From Kofleriaceae bacterium (lineage in GTDB: Bacteria; Myxococcota_A; Polyangia; Haliangiales; Haliangiaceae), in assembly GCA_035715365.1 (NCBI GenBank), contig DASTLB010000022.1, positions 144,242 through 208,241 on the forward strand: 64,000 nt of DNA, written 5' to 3'. Made by a program: the position numbers and the translations under genes. Below, piece after piece: positions 37,843 to 48,195 of this stretch (position 1 is its first letter; every line of letters begins with the position of its first letter). Under the pieces are notes generated by a model, which worked only from the letters and a program-made list of their open reading frames with translations, ran no database searches and was not told the origin of the DNA.

Positions 37843-38952
37843 TCACTCCGAGATCGCGACGTAGCGCCAGTCGTCGTCGGGCGTCTCCATGTCCGCGAGG
37901 ATCACCTGCGGCCCCTTCAGCCGGGATAGCTTCGAGACCAGCTCGGGGCTGATGAACGAGCGCGTCAGGTCGAGCTTCTCGAGGTGCGCGAACGCGTCCG
38001 CGTGATCGAGGATCGTCTGCGCGCCGGCGTCGCCGAGCGTGCCGTGCGAGAGGTCGAGCGTGCGGAGCTGGCGCAGGATCTTCGAGCTCACGATGTGCTG
38101 CGCGATCTCGTCGGCGAGGCTCGAGTTCGCGAGCCCGAGGTGCTTGACGCCGGCCAGCCCCTCGCCGGCGAAGATCCACATCAGGTCATCGAGCTCGACG
38201 GTGCAGCCGTGGTCACCATCGGTCTCGCCGATGTACAAGGTCAGCGTCTCGAGCTTCGGCAGCTTCCCGGTGCGGATCGACGTCAGGTTCTCGCTCTGCA
38301 GGCTGCCCGTGATGATCTCGAGCTTGCGCAGCTCGGGCAGATCGATCGTGCCGAGCGCGATCCCGGCACCGTGCAGCCGGAGCTCGCGCAGTCCACGCAG
38401 CTGCGGGTACAGCGGAGACACGTCGCCGAGCTCGGTCCACGAGATGTCCCAGTAGCCGCCGGTATCGATCACCAATCGCCGCAGCCCCGCCGGCACGCCA
38501 TGGTTCGCGAGCGCGTCGATCTCGTCCTGCCACGACGGCTGATCGTCGGCCTCCTTGCTGCCGATCACGAGCTCGTGCAGCAGCGCGATGTTCGGCAGCC
38601 GCACGAGCTTCGTCAGCGCGTCGACGAGATCGAGCTCGCCGGTCTCGTAGTCCTCGGTCGGCGGGCCGACGCGAACGCTGTGCAAGAAGCCGTACCGCCA
38701 GGTCACGGCGAATTCCTTGCCGGCCTGCAGCGGCGCGAGCTCGCCGAGCCAGTCGCCCGCGTGATCCGCGAGCAGCTTCGCCTCGCGCTCGCGGAGCGCG
38801 GCGTCGTCGGACTCGGCGAGTCGCAGCTGGACCGCGACGAGCTCGCCGCGCGGATCGCCGCGCTCGCTCAGCCAGTCGCCGTAGACGGCGTACGCGGCCT
38901 TGTCGTCGGGGTTGGACAGAATGCGGGCTTCGAGCTCGGGATTGGTCGCCAC
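37843..38952 (-). CDS. TIGR02996 (repeat-companion) domain protein with leucine-rich repeats
   Basis: N-terminus ILSNPDDKAAYAVYGDWLSERGDPRGE (TIGR02996 signature); LRR-like LxxLxLxxN units. Confidence 0.7.
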   Translation of the reverse strand: MATNPELEARILSNPDDKAAYAVYGDWLSERGDPRGELVAVQLRLAESDDAALREREAKLLADHAGDWLGELAPLQAGKEFAVTWRYGFLHSVRVGPPTEDYETGELDLVDALTKLVRLPNIALLHELVIGSKEADDQPSWQDEIDALANHGVPAGLRRLVIDTGGYWDISWTELGDVSPLYPQLRGLRELRLHGAGIALGTIDLPELRKLEIITGSLQSENLTSIRTGKLPKLETLTLYIGETDGDHGCTVELDDLMWIFAGEGLAGVKHLGLANSSLADEIAQHIVSSKILRQLRTLDLSHGTLGDAGAQTILDHADAFAHLEKLDLTRSFISPELVSKLSRLKGPQVILADMETPDDDWRYVAISE

Positions 38953-38977
38953 GAGCCAACGCTAGTCCGGATGTCGC

Positions 38978-39922
38978 TCACGGATCGAGCGACTTCTGGC
39001 CGTTCTGCAACACCCACTGATCGTAGTACTGCGACTTCGACGTGCCCTGCTGGATCCGCTGGTTCGCCTTCGCGAGCTCCTCGTCGATCAGCACGGTGAA
39101 CGAGTCGATCGGCATCGCGCCGGACATGAAGCGGCCGTTGATGAAGAACGTCGGGGTCGCGGCGATGCCGAGGGTCTGGAGCTCGCGCATGCTCTCCTGC
39201 AGCACCTGCTGGCACGACTGCATGTCGGCGCGGAACTTCTTGACGTCGAGCCCGAGCGACTTCGCGAAGCCCTCGACGATCGGACATCCCGTCGACGACG
39301 TCAGGCAGGCCGCACCGCCGGTGTCGAACTGCCGCGCCTTGAAGCCCTGCTCCCACAGCAGGCGATCCATCTGCAGGAACTTGTGCTGGCGATCCGCGGC
39401 GCACGCGGCGAGCGAGCTCGCGGTCGCGTTCTGCGGATGGACGACGAACGGCTTGAACACGATGCGCAGGTCATTGCCGTACTTCGCGTGCAGCTGATCG
39501 ATCGTGTCGCGGTTCTTCTCGCAGTACGGACACGCGTACTCGTAGTTCTTGACGAGCGTGACCTTCGCGTCCGCAGGCCCGATCGACGGCAATCCCGCGA
39601 TCGGCACCGAGTACGTCTTGCTGCGATCCGGCTCGCGACGCGCGGTCGGCGGCGTGTACGTCGGCCGCGCGAGGCCCTGCGCCTTCAGCGACTGGACCTC
39701 TCGGCTCAGCGCATCGAGGCTCTTCTCGAGGTACTTCGCCTGGGTCGTCTGGGTCTGGATCTCGTCCATGCGCTGATCGAGCTCCTTGCGCGTGTTCGCG
39801 AGCTCGGTCTGCAGATCAGCCACCTTCTTCTCGAGCTCCGCGTTCTGCGAGCAGGCCGCGACACAGAGCAGGACCACGACCGGGATCTTCACCGTCGCCA
39901 TAAGCTGACGCGAAGTTGTCAT
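38978..39922 (-). CDS. DsbA-family thiol:disulfide oxidoreductase lipoprotein with N-terminal coiled coil
   Basis: Lipobox LLCVAAC; CPYC active site; thioredoxin-fold pattern. Confidence 0.7.
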   Translation of the reverse strand: MTTSRQLMATVKIPVVVLLCVAACSQNAELEKKVADLQTELANTRKELDQRMDEIQTQTTQAKYLEKSLDALSREVQSLKAQGLARPTYTPPTARREPDRSKTYSVPIAGLPSIGPADAKVTLVKNYEYACPYCEKNRDTIDQLHAKYGNDLRIVFKPFVVHPQNATASSLAACAADRQHKFLQMDRLLWEQGFKARQFDTGGAACLTSSTGCPIVEGFAKSLGLDVKKFRADMQSCQQVLQESMRELQTLGIAATPTFFINGRFMSGAMPIDSFTVLIDEELAKANQRIQQGTSKSQYYDQWVLQNGQKSLDP

Positions 39923-40000
39923 GTTTGCGCGGGCGCTGCCATCACTCCCGCTGGATCGCGATCGCGCGCGGCGTAGGGTGCGAAGCGAAGGAGACATCCC

Positions 40001-40447
40001 ATGGCAAAGTACAAGCGTCCCGAAGGTCACCACACGATCACCCCCGGCTTCTCGTGCCAGAACGCGGCGAAGGTGATCACGTTTCTCGAGCAGGCGTTCG
40101 GCGGCAAGGTCGTCGACAAGTACGAGGGCCCCGGCGGCTCGATCATGCACGTCGAGGTCATGATCGGAGACTCGGTCGTCATGTTCGGCGAGCCGATGCC
40201 CGGCACCCAGACGATGCCCGGCATGCTGTCGTTCTACGTCGACGACGGCGATGCGGTCGACGCGACCTACAAGCGCGCACTCGCCGCCGGCGCGACGACG
40301 CAGGCCGAGCCGAAGAACCAGTTCTACGGCTATCGCAGCGCGACGGTTCGCGATGCCGGCGGCAACGCGTGGACGATCTGCGCGATCGTCGAGCAGCTCA
40401 CGGTCGAGGAGATGCACCGTCGCGCCGCCGACATGATGAAGGGCTGA
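40001..40447 (+). CDS. VOC (glyoxalase/PhnB-like) family protein
   Basis: PhnB-like pattern HHTITPGFSC...MHVEVMIGDSVVMF...NQFYGYR. Confidence 0.65.
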   Translation: MAKYKRPEGHHTITPGFSCQNAAKVITFLEQAFGGKVVDKYEGPGGSIMHVEVMIGDSVVMFGEPMPGTQTMPGMLSFYVDDGDAVDATYKRALAAGATTQAEPKNQFYGYRSATVRDAGGNAWTICAIVEQLTVEEMHRRAADMMKG

Positions 40448-40510
40448 CCTGTCATCGCTTGTCGGCGATCGGTGTAGCGGGCCGGCAACGGGTTTGGCTA
40501 CCCTGGAGGC

Positions 40511-41413
40511 GTGCGTGCGCTCTGGCTGTTCGTGCTCGCAGGCTGTCGGTTCCACGCCGCGGACAGCGTCGACGATGGTGGCCGCGACACGCCACCGCCG
40601 CCGATCGACGCGATCGACGCCGACGTCGACATCGATGCCGCGCCGCTCGGACCGTGGGGCGCGCCGCAGCTCGTCACCGAGCTGAGCTCGATCGCGAACG
40701 ACGACGATCCGACGCTGACCGGCGATCTGCTCGAGATCTACTTCGCATCGGATCGCGTCGTCGCGAACAGCGAGGACATCTACGTCGCGACGCGGCCATC
40801 CGCAAGCGCGGCGTTCGGCGCGCCGACGCTCGTCGCCGAGCTGTCGTCCGCCGCGTTCGACTCGAACGTCGACGTGTCGGCGGACGGGCTCACGATCACG
40901 CTGACGAGCAACCGCGACGGCAACTTCGATCTCTACATCGCGACCCGGCCCGACCGGCAGAGCGCGTGGAGCACGCCGGTGCTCGTGCCCGGCGTCAACT
41001 CGAACGCGGGCGAGTTCGGCATGGTGCTGTCCGACGATCTGAAGACTGCGGTGCTGTGCTCGAACCGCGGCTCGAGCGAGGCGCTGTTTCGCGCGACCCG
41101 CAGCGCGGCAACCGCCTCGTTCCCGACGCCGACGAAGCTCACCGAGCTCGAGACGTCCGCGAACGAGTGCGACGCGATGCTGCCGGATCCGCGCACGATC
41201 TACTTCACGCGCGACAGCGTGCAGACCGGCATCGATCTGTTCGTCGCGACCTCGACCGATGGCACGACGTTCGACGCGGCTCAGCCGATCACCGAGCTGA
41301 ACACGGTCGGGCGCGATGGCGACCCGTGGGTTGCGGCCGATCAGCGCACGATGGTGTTTGCGAGCAATCGGGCTGGGACGCCGCTCGACGACATCTATAT
41401 TTCGACCCGCTGA
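40511..41413 (+). CDS. TolB-like (PD40 beta-propeller repeat) lipoprotein
   Basis: Lipobox FVLAGC; repeated SxDGLTITLTSNRDGNFDLYIATR / ASNRAGTPLDDIYIS PD40 motifs. Confidence 0.6.
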   Translation: MRALWLFVLAGCRFHAADSVDDGGRDTPPPPIDAIDADVDIDAAPLGPWGAPQLVTELSSIANDDDPTLTGDLLEIYFASDRVVANSEDIYVATRPSASAAFGAPTLVAELSSAAFDSNVDVSADGLTITLTSNRDGNFDLYIATRPDRQSAWSTPVLVPGVNSNAGEFGMVLSDDLKTAVLCSNRGSSEALFRATRSAATASFPTPTKLTELETSANECDAMLPDPRTIYFTRDSVQTGIDLFVATSTDGTTFDAAQPITELNTVGRDGDPWVAADQRTMVFASNRAGTPLDDIYISTR

Positions 41414-41817
41414 TGTCCAAGCCTGGTGACGAGACTCCGTTCGCGCTGCTCGGCGGCGCGGACAAGGTGCGCGCGATCGTCGAGCGCTTCTACGACGCGA
41501 TGTCGGATCACGAGCCCGATCTCGCACAGCTGCATCCGTGCGATCCCGACGGCAAGGTCTCGCGCGGCTCGCGCGATCGGTTCGCGATGTTCCTGATCGG
41601 CTGGCTCGGCGGGCCGCAGGACTACATCGCGCAGCACGGCCACCCGCGGCTGCGCATGCGCCACGGTCACGTGCCGGTCGATCTGCGGATGCGCGATGCG
41701 TGGATCCGCTGCATGGCGATCGCGCTCGATGCCGAGGGCGTCGACGGGCCGGTGCGCGCGTTTCTCGACGCGCGGTTCGCGGATGTCGCGGACTTCATGC
41801 GCAACGTCGAGGGCTGA
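41413..41817 (+). CDS. group II truncated haemoglobin (trHbO)
   Basis: HPRLRMRHGHVPVDLRMRDAWIRCM matches the trHbO signature; ATG overlaps the upstream stop (TGATG). Confidence 0.7.
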   Translation: MSKPGDETPFALLGGADKVRAIVERFYDAMSDHEPDLAQLHPCDPDGKVSRGSRDRFAMFLIGWLGGPQDYIAQHGHPRLRMRHGHVPVDLRMRDAWIRCMAIALDAEGVDGPVRAFLDARFADVADFMRNVEG

Positions 41818-41844
41818 GCCGCCGCGTTATCGGGGTGATGTCGG

Positions 41845-41863
41845 AGCGCGCGGGGACGCGCTC
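41845..41863 (+). terminator. short GC hairpin after the trHb gene (weak terminator candidate)
   Basis: gagcgcg-gggga-cgcgctc; no U-tract. Confidence 0.2.
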
Positions 41864-41888
41864 GTAGCATGGGTCGCCGTCCACCGGA

Positions 41889-42284
41889 GTGTCCATGCGC
41901 CCGAGCCCCCGCTCTCTCGTCCCCCGTGCCCTCCTGCTCGCCTTCACCTTGCTCGTCGCATGTGCGGGCAACGACGGCGTCTGCCAGGGCGGCGACTGCG
42001 CCTGCACCGGCGCGAGCTGCAACGTCGACTGCCCGCAAGGCAACTGCGACCAGCACTGCCTCGACGGCCGCTGCGACTTCGCGTGCGAAGGCGGCAACTG
42101 CAACCAGCAGTGCGCCGCCGGCACGACGTGCAACCTCAGCTGCAGCGGCGCGAACTGCGACCAGCAATGCGACGACGCCGCCACGTGCACGCTGACGTGC
42201 TCGGGCGGCGGTTGTGATCAGTTCTGCGGCGGAAACCCGAGCTGCACGCGGTCGTGCTCGGGTGGCCAGTGTGACTCGTTCTGA
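41889..42284 (+). CDS. Cys-rich tandem-repeat lipoprotein
   Basis: Lipobox LLVAC; about 20-aa periodic GxxCxxxCxxGNCDQxC units (26 Cys in 131 aa); uniform TGC codons. Confidence 0.5.
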   Translation: MSMRPSPRSLVPRALLLAFTLLVACAGNDGVCQGGDCACTGASCNVDCPQGNCDQHCLDGRCDFACEGGNCNQQCAAGTTCNLSCSGANCDQQCDDAATCTLTCSGGGCDQFCGGNPSCTRSCSGGQCDSF

Positions 42285-42293
42285 GGCAGTCGC

Positions 42294-44543
42294 TTAGAAG
42301 CTGCCGATCAGCGTCACACCCGAGTAGCTCGTGTAGCCGCGGATCATGACGTAGTAGTCACCCGACTGCGTGTTGCTCGTCGTGCACGTCTCGTTGTTGC
42401 CGTTGAGGTACGGGCGGCAGCTGTACGTGCTCGTCGTCGGCCGCGAGCCGAACCGCGTGTAGAGGTCGGCGTCGCCCGAGCCGCCGCTGATCTTGATCGT
42501 CAGCGTCTTGCCGGCCGGCGTCGCGATGCGGAAGTACTTGTTCGAGCCCGACGAGCCCGACAGGTTCGACACCGGCACGCCGTTCGTCAGGTACGGATCG
42601 CCGCCGCTCGTCGCCGAGTACGTGCCGGTCAGCGACACGCCCGAGTACGACGTGTAGCCGCGCAGCATGACGTAGTACGTCCCGGCCTGCGGCGGCGTGA
42701 ACGTGCACGTCTCGGAGTTGCCGTTGAGGTACGGCCGGCACTGGTACGAGGTCGTCGTCGGCTTCGTACCAAACTGGACGTACATGTCCGCGTCGCCGGT
42801 GCCGCCGCTGATCGTGAACGTCAGCTGCGTCTGACCCGACGGCACCTGCAGCGACCAGAACTGCTCGCTGCCCGTCGCGCCGCTGATGCCGGTCACCGGC
42901 ACGCCGTTCGACAGCACGCCATCACCCGGCGGCGGCGGCGGCGGCGAGCCACCGCACGTCGTCGGCGCCGTGCCGACGTTGACCGCCGCGAACGCGCAGC
43001 CGACCGCGTCCTTCGTCGCCTGATCGTAGCCGAGCGCGGTCGCCGCCTGCTCCATCGCCGTGCGGAGGTTCGCGTACTTCGCCGTCGAGGTCAGGATGTC
43101 GACCTGCGCCTTGTAGACGATGCGGATCGCCTTATCCATCCCGATCGCCGGCACGTTGACGCTCGACTTGCCGCGCGGATGCGTGCCGCCCTTGCTGAGC
43201 AGACAGAACATCAGGTTGCCGATGCCCGAGCTGTAGTGAACGTCGACGTTGCCGGCCGACGTCGACCAGAAGTCGAGCGACACGCCGTCCTGCGCGGGAT
43301 CGCACATGTAGCGGAGTGCCGGCGGCAGGACCTCGTCGCCGATCAGCCACACGTCGCTCGCCGTCGACAGGTTGCCGTTCTTGCCGCCGTCGGTCCACGC
43401 CTCGATGAACGCGCCGAAGATGTCCGAGAACGACTCGTTGATACCGCCCGGCTCGCCGCTGTAGACGAGGCCGGACTCGCGCTCGGTCACCGCGTGCGTC
43501 ATCTCGTGCGCCGTGACGTCGAGCGACTGCGCGAGGTTGCCGCAGCCCTGCGCGGAGTTGCCGTCGCCGTACACCATCTGCGTCCCGTTCCAGAACGCGT
43601 TGCAGTAGTTCGTCGAGTAGTGGACGGTGTTGATCAGCGTCGCGCCCGCGTTGTCGTACGAGTCGCGGTTGAAGAACGCGAGGTAGCCGTCGTACGTGTT
43701 GCCCGCGTTGTCGTACGACAGGTTGACCGTCGTGTCGGTGCTCGCGGCCTGGCCCTCGCTGCGCTTCAGCGTGCCGGGCAGCGACGTGCCGTTGTTCGCG
43801 CTGTAGATCTGGCGGTTCTTCGCGAAGTGGATCTGCGGGTAGTCCGCGACGATCGCGCCGCTGTCGACATCGACGTAGACCTTGTCGCGCGCCGGGTTGG
43901 CGCCGCGATAGCCCTCGACCGTCGCCTCGTACGCCTTGAACGTGCCCTCGTCGGTCTGGATGTAGACGAGGCGCGACGACGTCGTCGTCATGTTCGCGAA
44001 CCGCGCGTCCGCGCTGATCCGCGACATCGCCGCGGCCTGCGTCATCGCGTTTGCGCCGAGCGTCGGCGAGATGTCACCGCGCGCGGTGCCGTTGACACCG
44101 ACGACCGCGCCCTTGACGTCGACGTGGACCACGAGGTCCGAGCCGATCACCGGCAGGCCGTTGAACTGCTGGGTGTAGCGGAAGTGACGGCCGCCTTCCT
44201 CGTCGACCGTCATGCGGCGCAGCTGCAGATCGTCGTTCGTCAGGCGCATCACCGCGAGCACCGGCGGCAGCATCGGCCGCAGTGCCTGGTCGGCGGCGGC
44301 CGGATCGTCGGTCTGCATCGCGCCGACCTTCGTCATCTCGCCGACGACATATCGAGGCATGCCGTCCGGCGCGTACTCGAGGACGGTCGCCTCCGGGAGC
44401 GCGGCGAGCGCGTCCGCGACGTCCTGCATGTTGGCGGGATCGTCCTTGGGAGCTCCGACATCGGGCTGGTTGCAGCCCAGCAGAGATCCCGAGAGCGAGC
44501 CGGCAAGAACGAGAAATTTCGCGGGTACTGATCGGCGACGCAT
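42294..44543 (-). CDS. M4 (thermolysin-like) metalloprotease with two C-terminal PPC domains
   Basis: Lipobox LLGC; VTAHEMTHAV (HExxH); GGINESFSDIFG; duplicated PPC-like modules (GDADMYV / GDADLYT). Confidence 0.8.
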   Translation of the reverse strand: MRRRSVPAKFLVLAGSLSGSLLGCNQPDVGAPKDDPANMQDVADALAALPEATVLEYAPDGMPRYVVGEMTKVGAMQTDDPAAADQALRPMLPPVLAVMRLTNDDLQLRRMTVDEEGGRHFRYTQQFNGLPVIGSDLVVHVDVKGAVVGVNGTARGDISPTLGANAMTQAAAMSRISADARFANMTTTSSRLVYIQTDEGTFKAYEATVEGYRGANPARDKVYVDVDSGAIVADYPQIHFAKNRQIYSANNGTSLPGTLKRSEGQAASTDTTVNLSYDNAGNTYDGYLAFFNRDSYDNAGATLINTVHYSTNYCNAFWNGTQMVYGDGNSAQGCGNLAQSLDVTAHEMTHAVTERESGLVYSGEPGGINESFSDIFGAFIEAWTDGGKNGNLSTASDVWLIGDEVLPPALRYMCDPAQDGVSLDFWSTSAGNVDVHYSSGIGNLMFCLLSKGGTHPRGKSSVNVPAIGMDKAIRIVYKAQVDILTSTAKYANLRTAMEQAATALGYDQATKDAVGCAFAAVNVGTAPTTCGGSPPPPPPGDGVLSNGVPVTGISGATGSEQFWSLQVPSGQTQLTFTISGGTGDADMYVQFGTKPTTTSYQCRPYLNGNSETCTFTPPQAGTYYVMLRGYTSYSGVSLTGTYSATSGGDPYLTNGVPVSNLSGSSGSNKYFRIATPAGKTLTIKISGGSGDADLYTRFGSRPTTSTYSCRPYLNGNNETCTTSNTQSGDYYVMIRGYTSYSGVTLIGSF

Positions 44544-44992
44544 GGTGCCGTCGCGCTCTTCATTCGCGGTGCCACACGCGTTGCACAACCTGCGCACGCG
44601 CAGTTCGCAGGCTGTCAGTAATCGCGATTCAGTACGATCCGCGAACGCTTGGCTGCACTCCGTCGAGCACGCTCGTAAGCGGCGCCACGTTCGAGGTCGG
44701 TCGGTGTGGCGCGCACGGAGGTGGAGGTAGGACTCCGCCGGACGTTCGCGAGCCACTCATACGCTTCGTACCGGACAGCAGGTGTCATCTCGCGCGGCGC
44801 GTGAGAACTGCGGTATCTGCAATTTGATTGCATGTCGCTGAGACAGCACGTCACGCTGTCCCATGCTCCCGCGTACTTCTGACACTGCGGTCGAGTCGTC
44901 GTCGGGAATAGCCGCGCCTACACGCGCGCAGATCGCAGCTGACTTCGAGTCAACGCGGCGCGGCAGCGGACGTGCGGCCGCGCACGCGGCGG

Positions 44993-45688
44993 TTACATGT
45001 GTTTCGTCGTCGGTGATGCGTCGCGGCGGGAGCCGACGGCGAGCAACATCGGGAACGCGGGCATACCGGCGCTCCATAGCTGGAACGGCTCGACGCGATC
45101 GAACGCGAAGCCGTGGCGCTCGAGCGCGGGCAGCGGGTTGCGATTCATGTGACAGCCCTGGCCGTTGAGCCGGAGCCAGAGCGGATCGAGCGCGTTCATC
45201 AGCGCACCGGCGACGCGATGCTCGCTCTTGACGTGCTCGACGAGCCGCAGCGCACCGCCCGGCCGGACGACGCGCGCGAGCTCGCGAGCGACCGCATCGA
45301 CGTCGGGCACCGAGCACAGCACGAGCGCGACGACCGCGGCATCGACCGACGCATCCGGCAGCGGGATCGCTTCGCCGCGACCCTCGAGCACCTCGATCGC
45401 GACGCTCGCCGACTGCGCGGCCTCGTGCGCGTGCTTCGCGAACGCGGCATCGGGCTCGATCGCGACGACGTCGACGTCGCGGTAGTGGCGGAACATCGAT
45501 CCGGTCCCGCAGCCGAGCTCGAGCACGCGACCGGACAGGCCGGCGACGAGCTCGGCGCGCTTCGCGGCGAGACCGGCGGCATCGGCGCGCGCGATCAGCG
45601 TCGCGTAGAGCTCGTCCTGCGGCAGCCTGTACTTCAGCGCGAGCGTGGCGGGAGCGTGGCGGCACAGATGCGCGATCTCGGCGAGCAT
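44993..45688 (-). CDS. class I SAM-dependent methyltransferase
   Basis: Motif [10 protein letters not shown]; post-I acidic residue; start at MLAEIAHL. Confidence 0.6.
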   Translation of the reverse strand: MLAEIAHLCRHAPATLALKYRLPQDELYATLIARADAAGLAAKRAELVAGLSGRVLELGCGTGSMFRHYRDVDVVAIEPDAAFAKHAHEAAQSASVAIEVLEGRGEAIPLPDASVDAAVVALVLCSVPDVDAVARELARVVRPGGALRLVEHVKSEHRVAGALMNALDPLWLRLNGQGCHMNRNPLPALERHGFAFDRVEPFQLWSAGMPAFPMLLAVGSRRDASPTTKHM

Positions 45689-45741
45689 GCCTACGTATAG
45701 CCGGTTGGACGGTCTATGCTCGCGCACTCGCAACTGGGGAG

Positions 45742-47304
45742 ATGAAGACAATGGCGTTGACGAAACCCGCTCCGAGCTCGGCGGACATCGGCCTCGTGGG
45801 CCTGGCCGTGATGGGCCAGAACCTCGTGCTCAACATGGCGGACCATGGATTTCAGGTCGCGGTCTACAACCGCACGACGGCCACGACCGAGAAGTTCGTC
45901 GCGGATCACCCGCCGGGCGTGTTCGGGAGCGCCGGTGGCGGGCTCGTGCCGGCCGCGGAGCTGCGCGACTTCGTGCAGTCGATCAAGCGACCGCGCCGGA
46001 TCGTCATCCTCGTCAAGGCGGGCGGGCCAACCGACGCGGTGATCGACTCGCTCGTCCCGCTCCTCGAGAAGGGCGACGTCGTGATCGACGGCGGCAACGC
46101 GCTCTACACCGATACGATCCGGCGCGAGAAGGCGCTCAACGACAAGGGCCTGCTGTTCGTCGGCTCGGGCGTCAGCGGCGGCGAGGAAGGCGCGCGCTTT
46201 GGCCCCTCGCTGATGCCGGGCGGCAAGCCCGAGGCGTGGGAGATCCTCAAGCCGGTGTGGATGGCGATCGCGGCGAAGGTCGACGAGAAGACCGGCAAGC
46301 CGCTCGAGGGCGCCGCGCCCGGCAAGCCGATCCAGGGCGGCGTGCCGTGCACGACGTACATCGGTCCGGATGGCGCCGGCCACTACGTCAAGATGGTGCA
46401 CAACGGCATCGAGTACGGCGACATGCAGCTGATCTGCGAGGCGTACTCGATCCTGCGCTACAGCCTCGGCAAGACGCCGGCGGAGTGCTCGGCGATCTTC
46501 AAGGAGTGGAACCAGGGCGACCTCGACTCGTTCCTGATCGAGATCAGCGCGGACGTCCTGCAGCAGAAGGATCCGGTCACCGGCAAGCCGTTCGTCGACG
46601 TCGTCCTCGATAGCGCCGGCCAGAAGGGCACCGGCAAGTGGACGAGCGTGAACGCGCTCGATCTCGGGATCCCGGCGGCGTCGCTCGCGGACGCGGTGTT
46701 CGCGCGCCTGATCTCGGCGCAGAAGGACGAGCGCGTCCGCGCGTCGAAGATCCTGAAGGGCGGCTCGGCGAATCTCGGCAAGGGCCTCGAGGTCACCGTC
46801 GAGGCGGTGCGCGACGCGCTGTACTGCAGCAAGCTGTGCTGCTACGCGCAGGGCTTCGAGCTCTACGCGCAGGCGTCGATCGAGTACAAGTGGAACCTCG
46901 ACCTCGCCGCGATCGCGCAGATCTTCCGCGGCGGCTGCATCATCCGCGCGCGGTTCCTGCAAAAGATCACCGAGGCGTTCGCGAACAACCCGAAGCTCGA
47001 CAACCTGCTCGTCGATCCGTACTTCGTCGACCAGGTGACGCGCGCGCAGGACAACTGGCGCAAGGTCGTCGCGCGGGCCGCGCTCGACGGCACGCCGGTC
47101 CCCGTGTTCGCGAGCGCGCTGTCGTATTACGACAGCTATCGCGCGGACACGCTGCCCGCGAGCCTGCTGCAGGCGCAGCGCGATTACTTCGGTGCCCACA
47201 CGTACGAGCGCGTCGATGCGCCGCGCGGCGAGTTCTTCCACATCGACTGGCCGGATCCGAAGCGACCGCAGCTCAAGGCGAGCGAGCTCGGCATGTCGCG
47301 CTGA
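45742..47304 (+). CDS. gnd: 6-phosphogluconate dehydrogenase (NADP+, decarboxylating)
   Basis: [19 protein letters not shown]-binding motif; full-length conserved Gnd pattern ([16 protein letters not shown]). Confidence 0.9.
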   Translation: MKTMALTKPAPSSADIGLVGLAVMGQNLVLNMADHGFQVAVYNRTTATTEKFVADHPPGVFGSAGGGLVPAAELRDFVQSIKRPRRIVILVKAGGPTDAVIDSLVPLLEKGDVVIDGGNALYTDTIRREKALNDKGLLFVGSGVSGGEEGARFGPSLMPGGKPEAWEILKPVWMAIAAKVDEKTGKPLEGAAPGKPIQGGVPCTTYIGPDGAGHYVKMVHNGIEYGDMQLICEAYSILRYSLGKTPAECSAIFKEWNQGDLDSFLIEISADVLQQKDPVTGKPFVDVVLDSAGQKGTGKWTSVNALDLGIPAASLADAVFARLISAQKDERVRASKILKGGSANLGKGLEVTVEAVRDALYCSKLCCYAQGFELYAQASIEYKWNLDLAAIAQIFRGGCIIRARFLQKITEAFANNPKLDNLLVDPYFVDQVTRAQDNWRKVVARAALDGTPVPVFASALSYYDSYRADTLPASLLQAQRDYFGAHTYERVDAPRGEFFHIDWPDPKRPQLKASELGMSR

Positions 47305-47307
47305 CCG

Positions 47308-48129
47308 TTGAGATACAATGCGCCCATGCGCTGGGTGCATCGCGGGCTGGTGCTCGCCTCGTTGTGTGTCGTCGCCTGTGGCTCTGGCAAGAAGCAGGTG
47401 GCGCAGCCGAAACAAGATGATCGCGTCAAGCAGCTCGAGGACGAGCTGGCGAAGACGAAGCAGGACCTCGACAAGGAGCGCGCCGAGGCGGACGAGCTGC
47501 GCAAGAGCGACTCCCAGAAGGCCGACGAGAACAAGGCGCTGCAGGACAAGCTGTCCGCCGCGGTCGGCCAGGCCGGCGAGGTCACGACCGCCGACGGCGC
47601 GGTGAAGCTGCAGCTCGTCGACCAGATCCTGTTCCCCGTCGGCGAAGCCGATCTGACGCCGCGCGGGAAAGAGGTGCTCGCGAAGGTCGGCAGCGCGCTC
47701 AAGGAGGTCGACAAGCAGATCTGGGTGCAGGGTCACACCGACGATCAGCCGATCATCCTCAAGAAGAAGCCGGACAAGCCCGAGAAACCGGACAAGGCCG
47801 ACAAGCCGGATCCCAAGGCGAAGCCGGGCAAGCCGGGCAAGGGCGGCAAGGACGGCAAGGACGGCAAGGATGCGAAGGACAAGGTCGCCGTGAAGCCGGC
47901 GGAGCCGGAGCCGAAGAATGACGCGGTGCTGCCGTTCGTGACGAACTGGGAGCTGTCCGCGGCGCGCGCGCTCACGGTCGTCCACTACCTCCAGGACGAG
48001 GCGAAGATCGACCCGACTCGGCTCGCGGCGGTCGCGTTCAGCCAGTACCGCCCGGTCAGCAAGCAGCGCGCGAAGAACCGCCGGATCGAGATCGTGCTCT
48101 ATCCCAAGGTCGCCATCTCGCCAAAGTGA
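47308..48129 (+). CDS. OmpA/MotB-domain lipoprotein with coiled coil and K/P/D-rich linker
   Basis: Lipobox LCVVAC; C-terminal OmpA motif NWELSAARALTVVHYL...NRRIEI; start could be 47326. Confidence 0.7.
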   Translation: MRYNAPMRWVHRGLVLASLCVVACGSGKKQVAQPKQDDRVKQLEDELAKTKQDLDKERAEADELRKSDSQKADENKALQDKLSAAVGQAGEVTTADGAVKLQLVDQILFPVGEADLTPRGKEVLAKVGSALKEVDKQIWVQGHTDDQPIILKKKPDKPEKPDKADKPDPKAKPGKPGKGGKDGKDGKDAKDKVAVKPAEPEPKNDAVLPFVTNWELSAARALTVVHYLQDEAKIDPTRLAAVAFSQYRPVSKQRAKNRRIEIVLYPKVAISPK

Positions 48130-48195
48130 GAATCCAGTTCCCCCGGCGCGGCATCGAGTTGTAGGCTCGCCACGTCTTTCGCTTGGGGGGTATTC

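Noticed and set aside
38978-41527. 849-aa minus ORF, and the 633-aa plus ORF at 39916..41817
   Set aside because: Only the DsbA-like 3' portion (38978..39922) of the minus ORF is real. Only the trHb 3' portion (41413..41817) of the plus ORF is real. The remainders are antisense or wrong-frame to the VOC and TolB-like genes.
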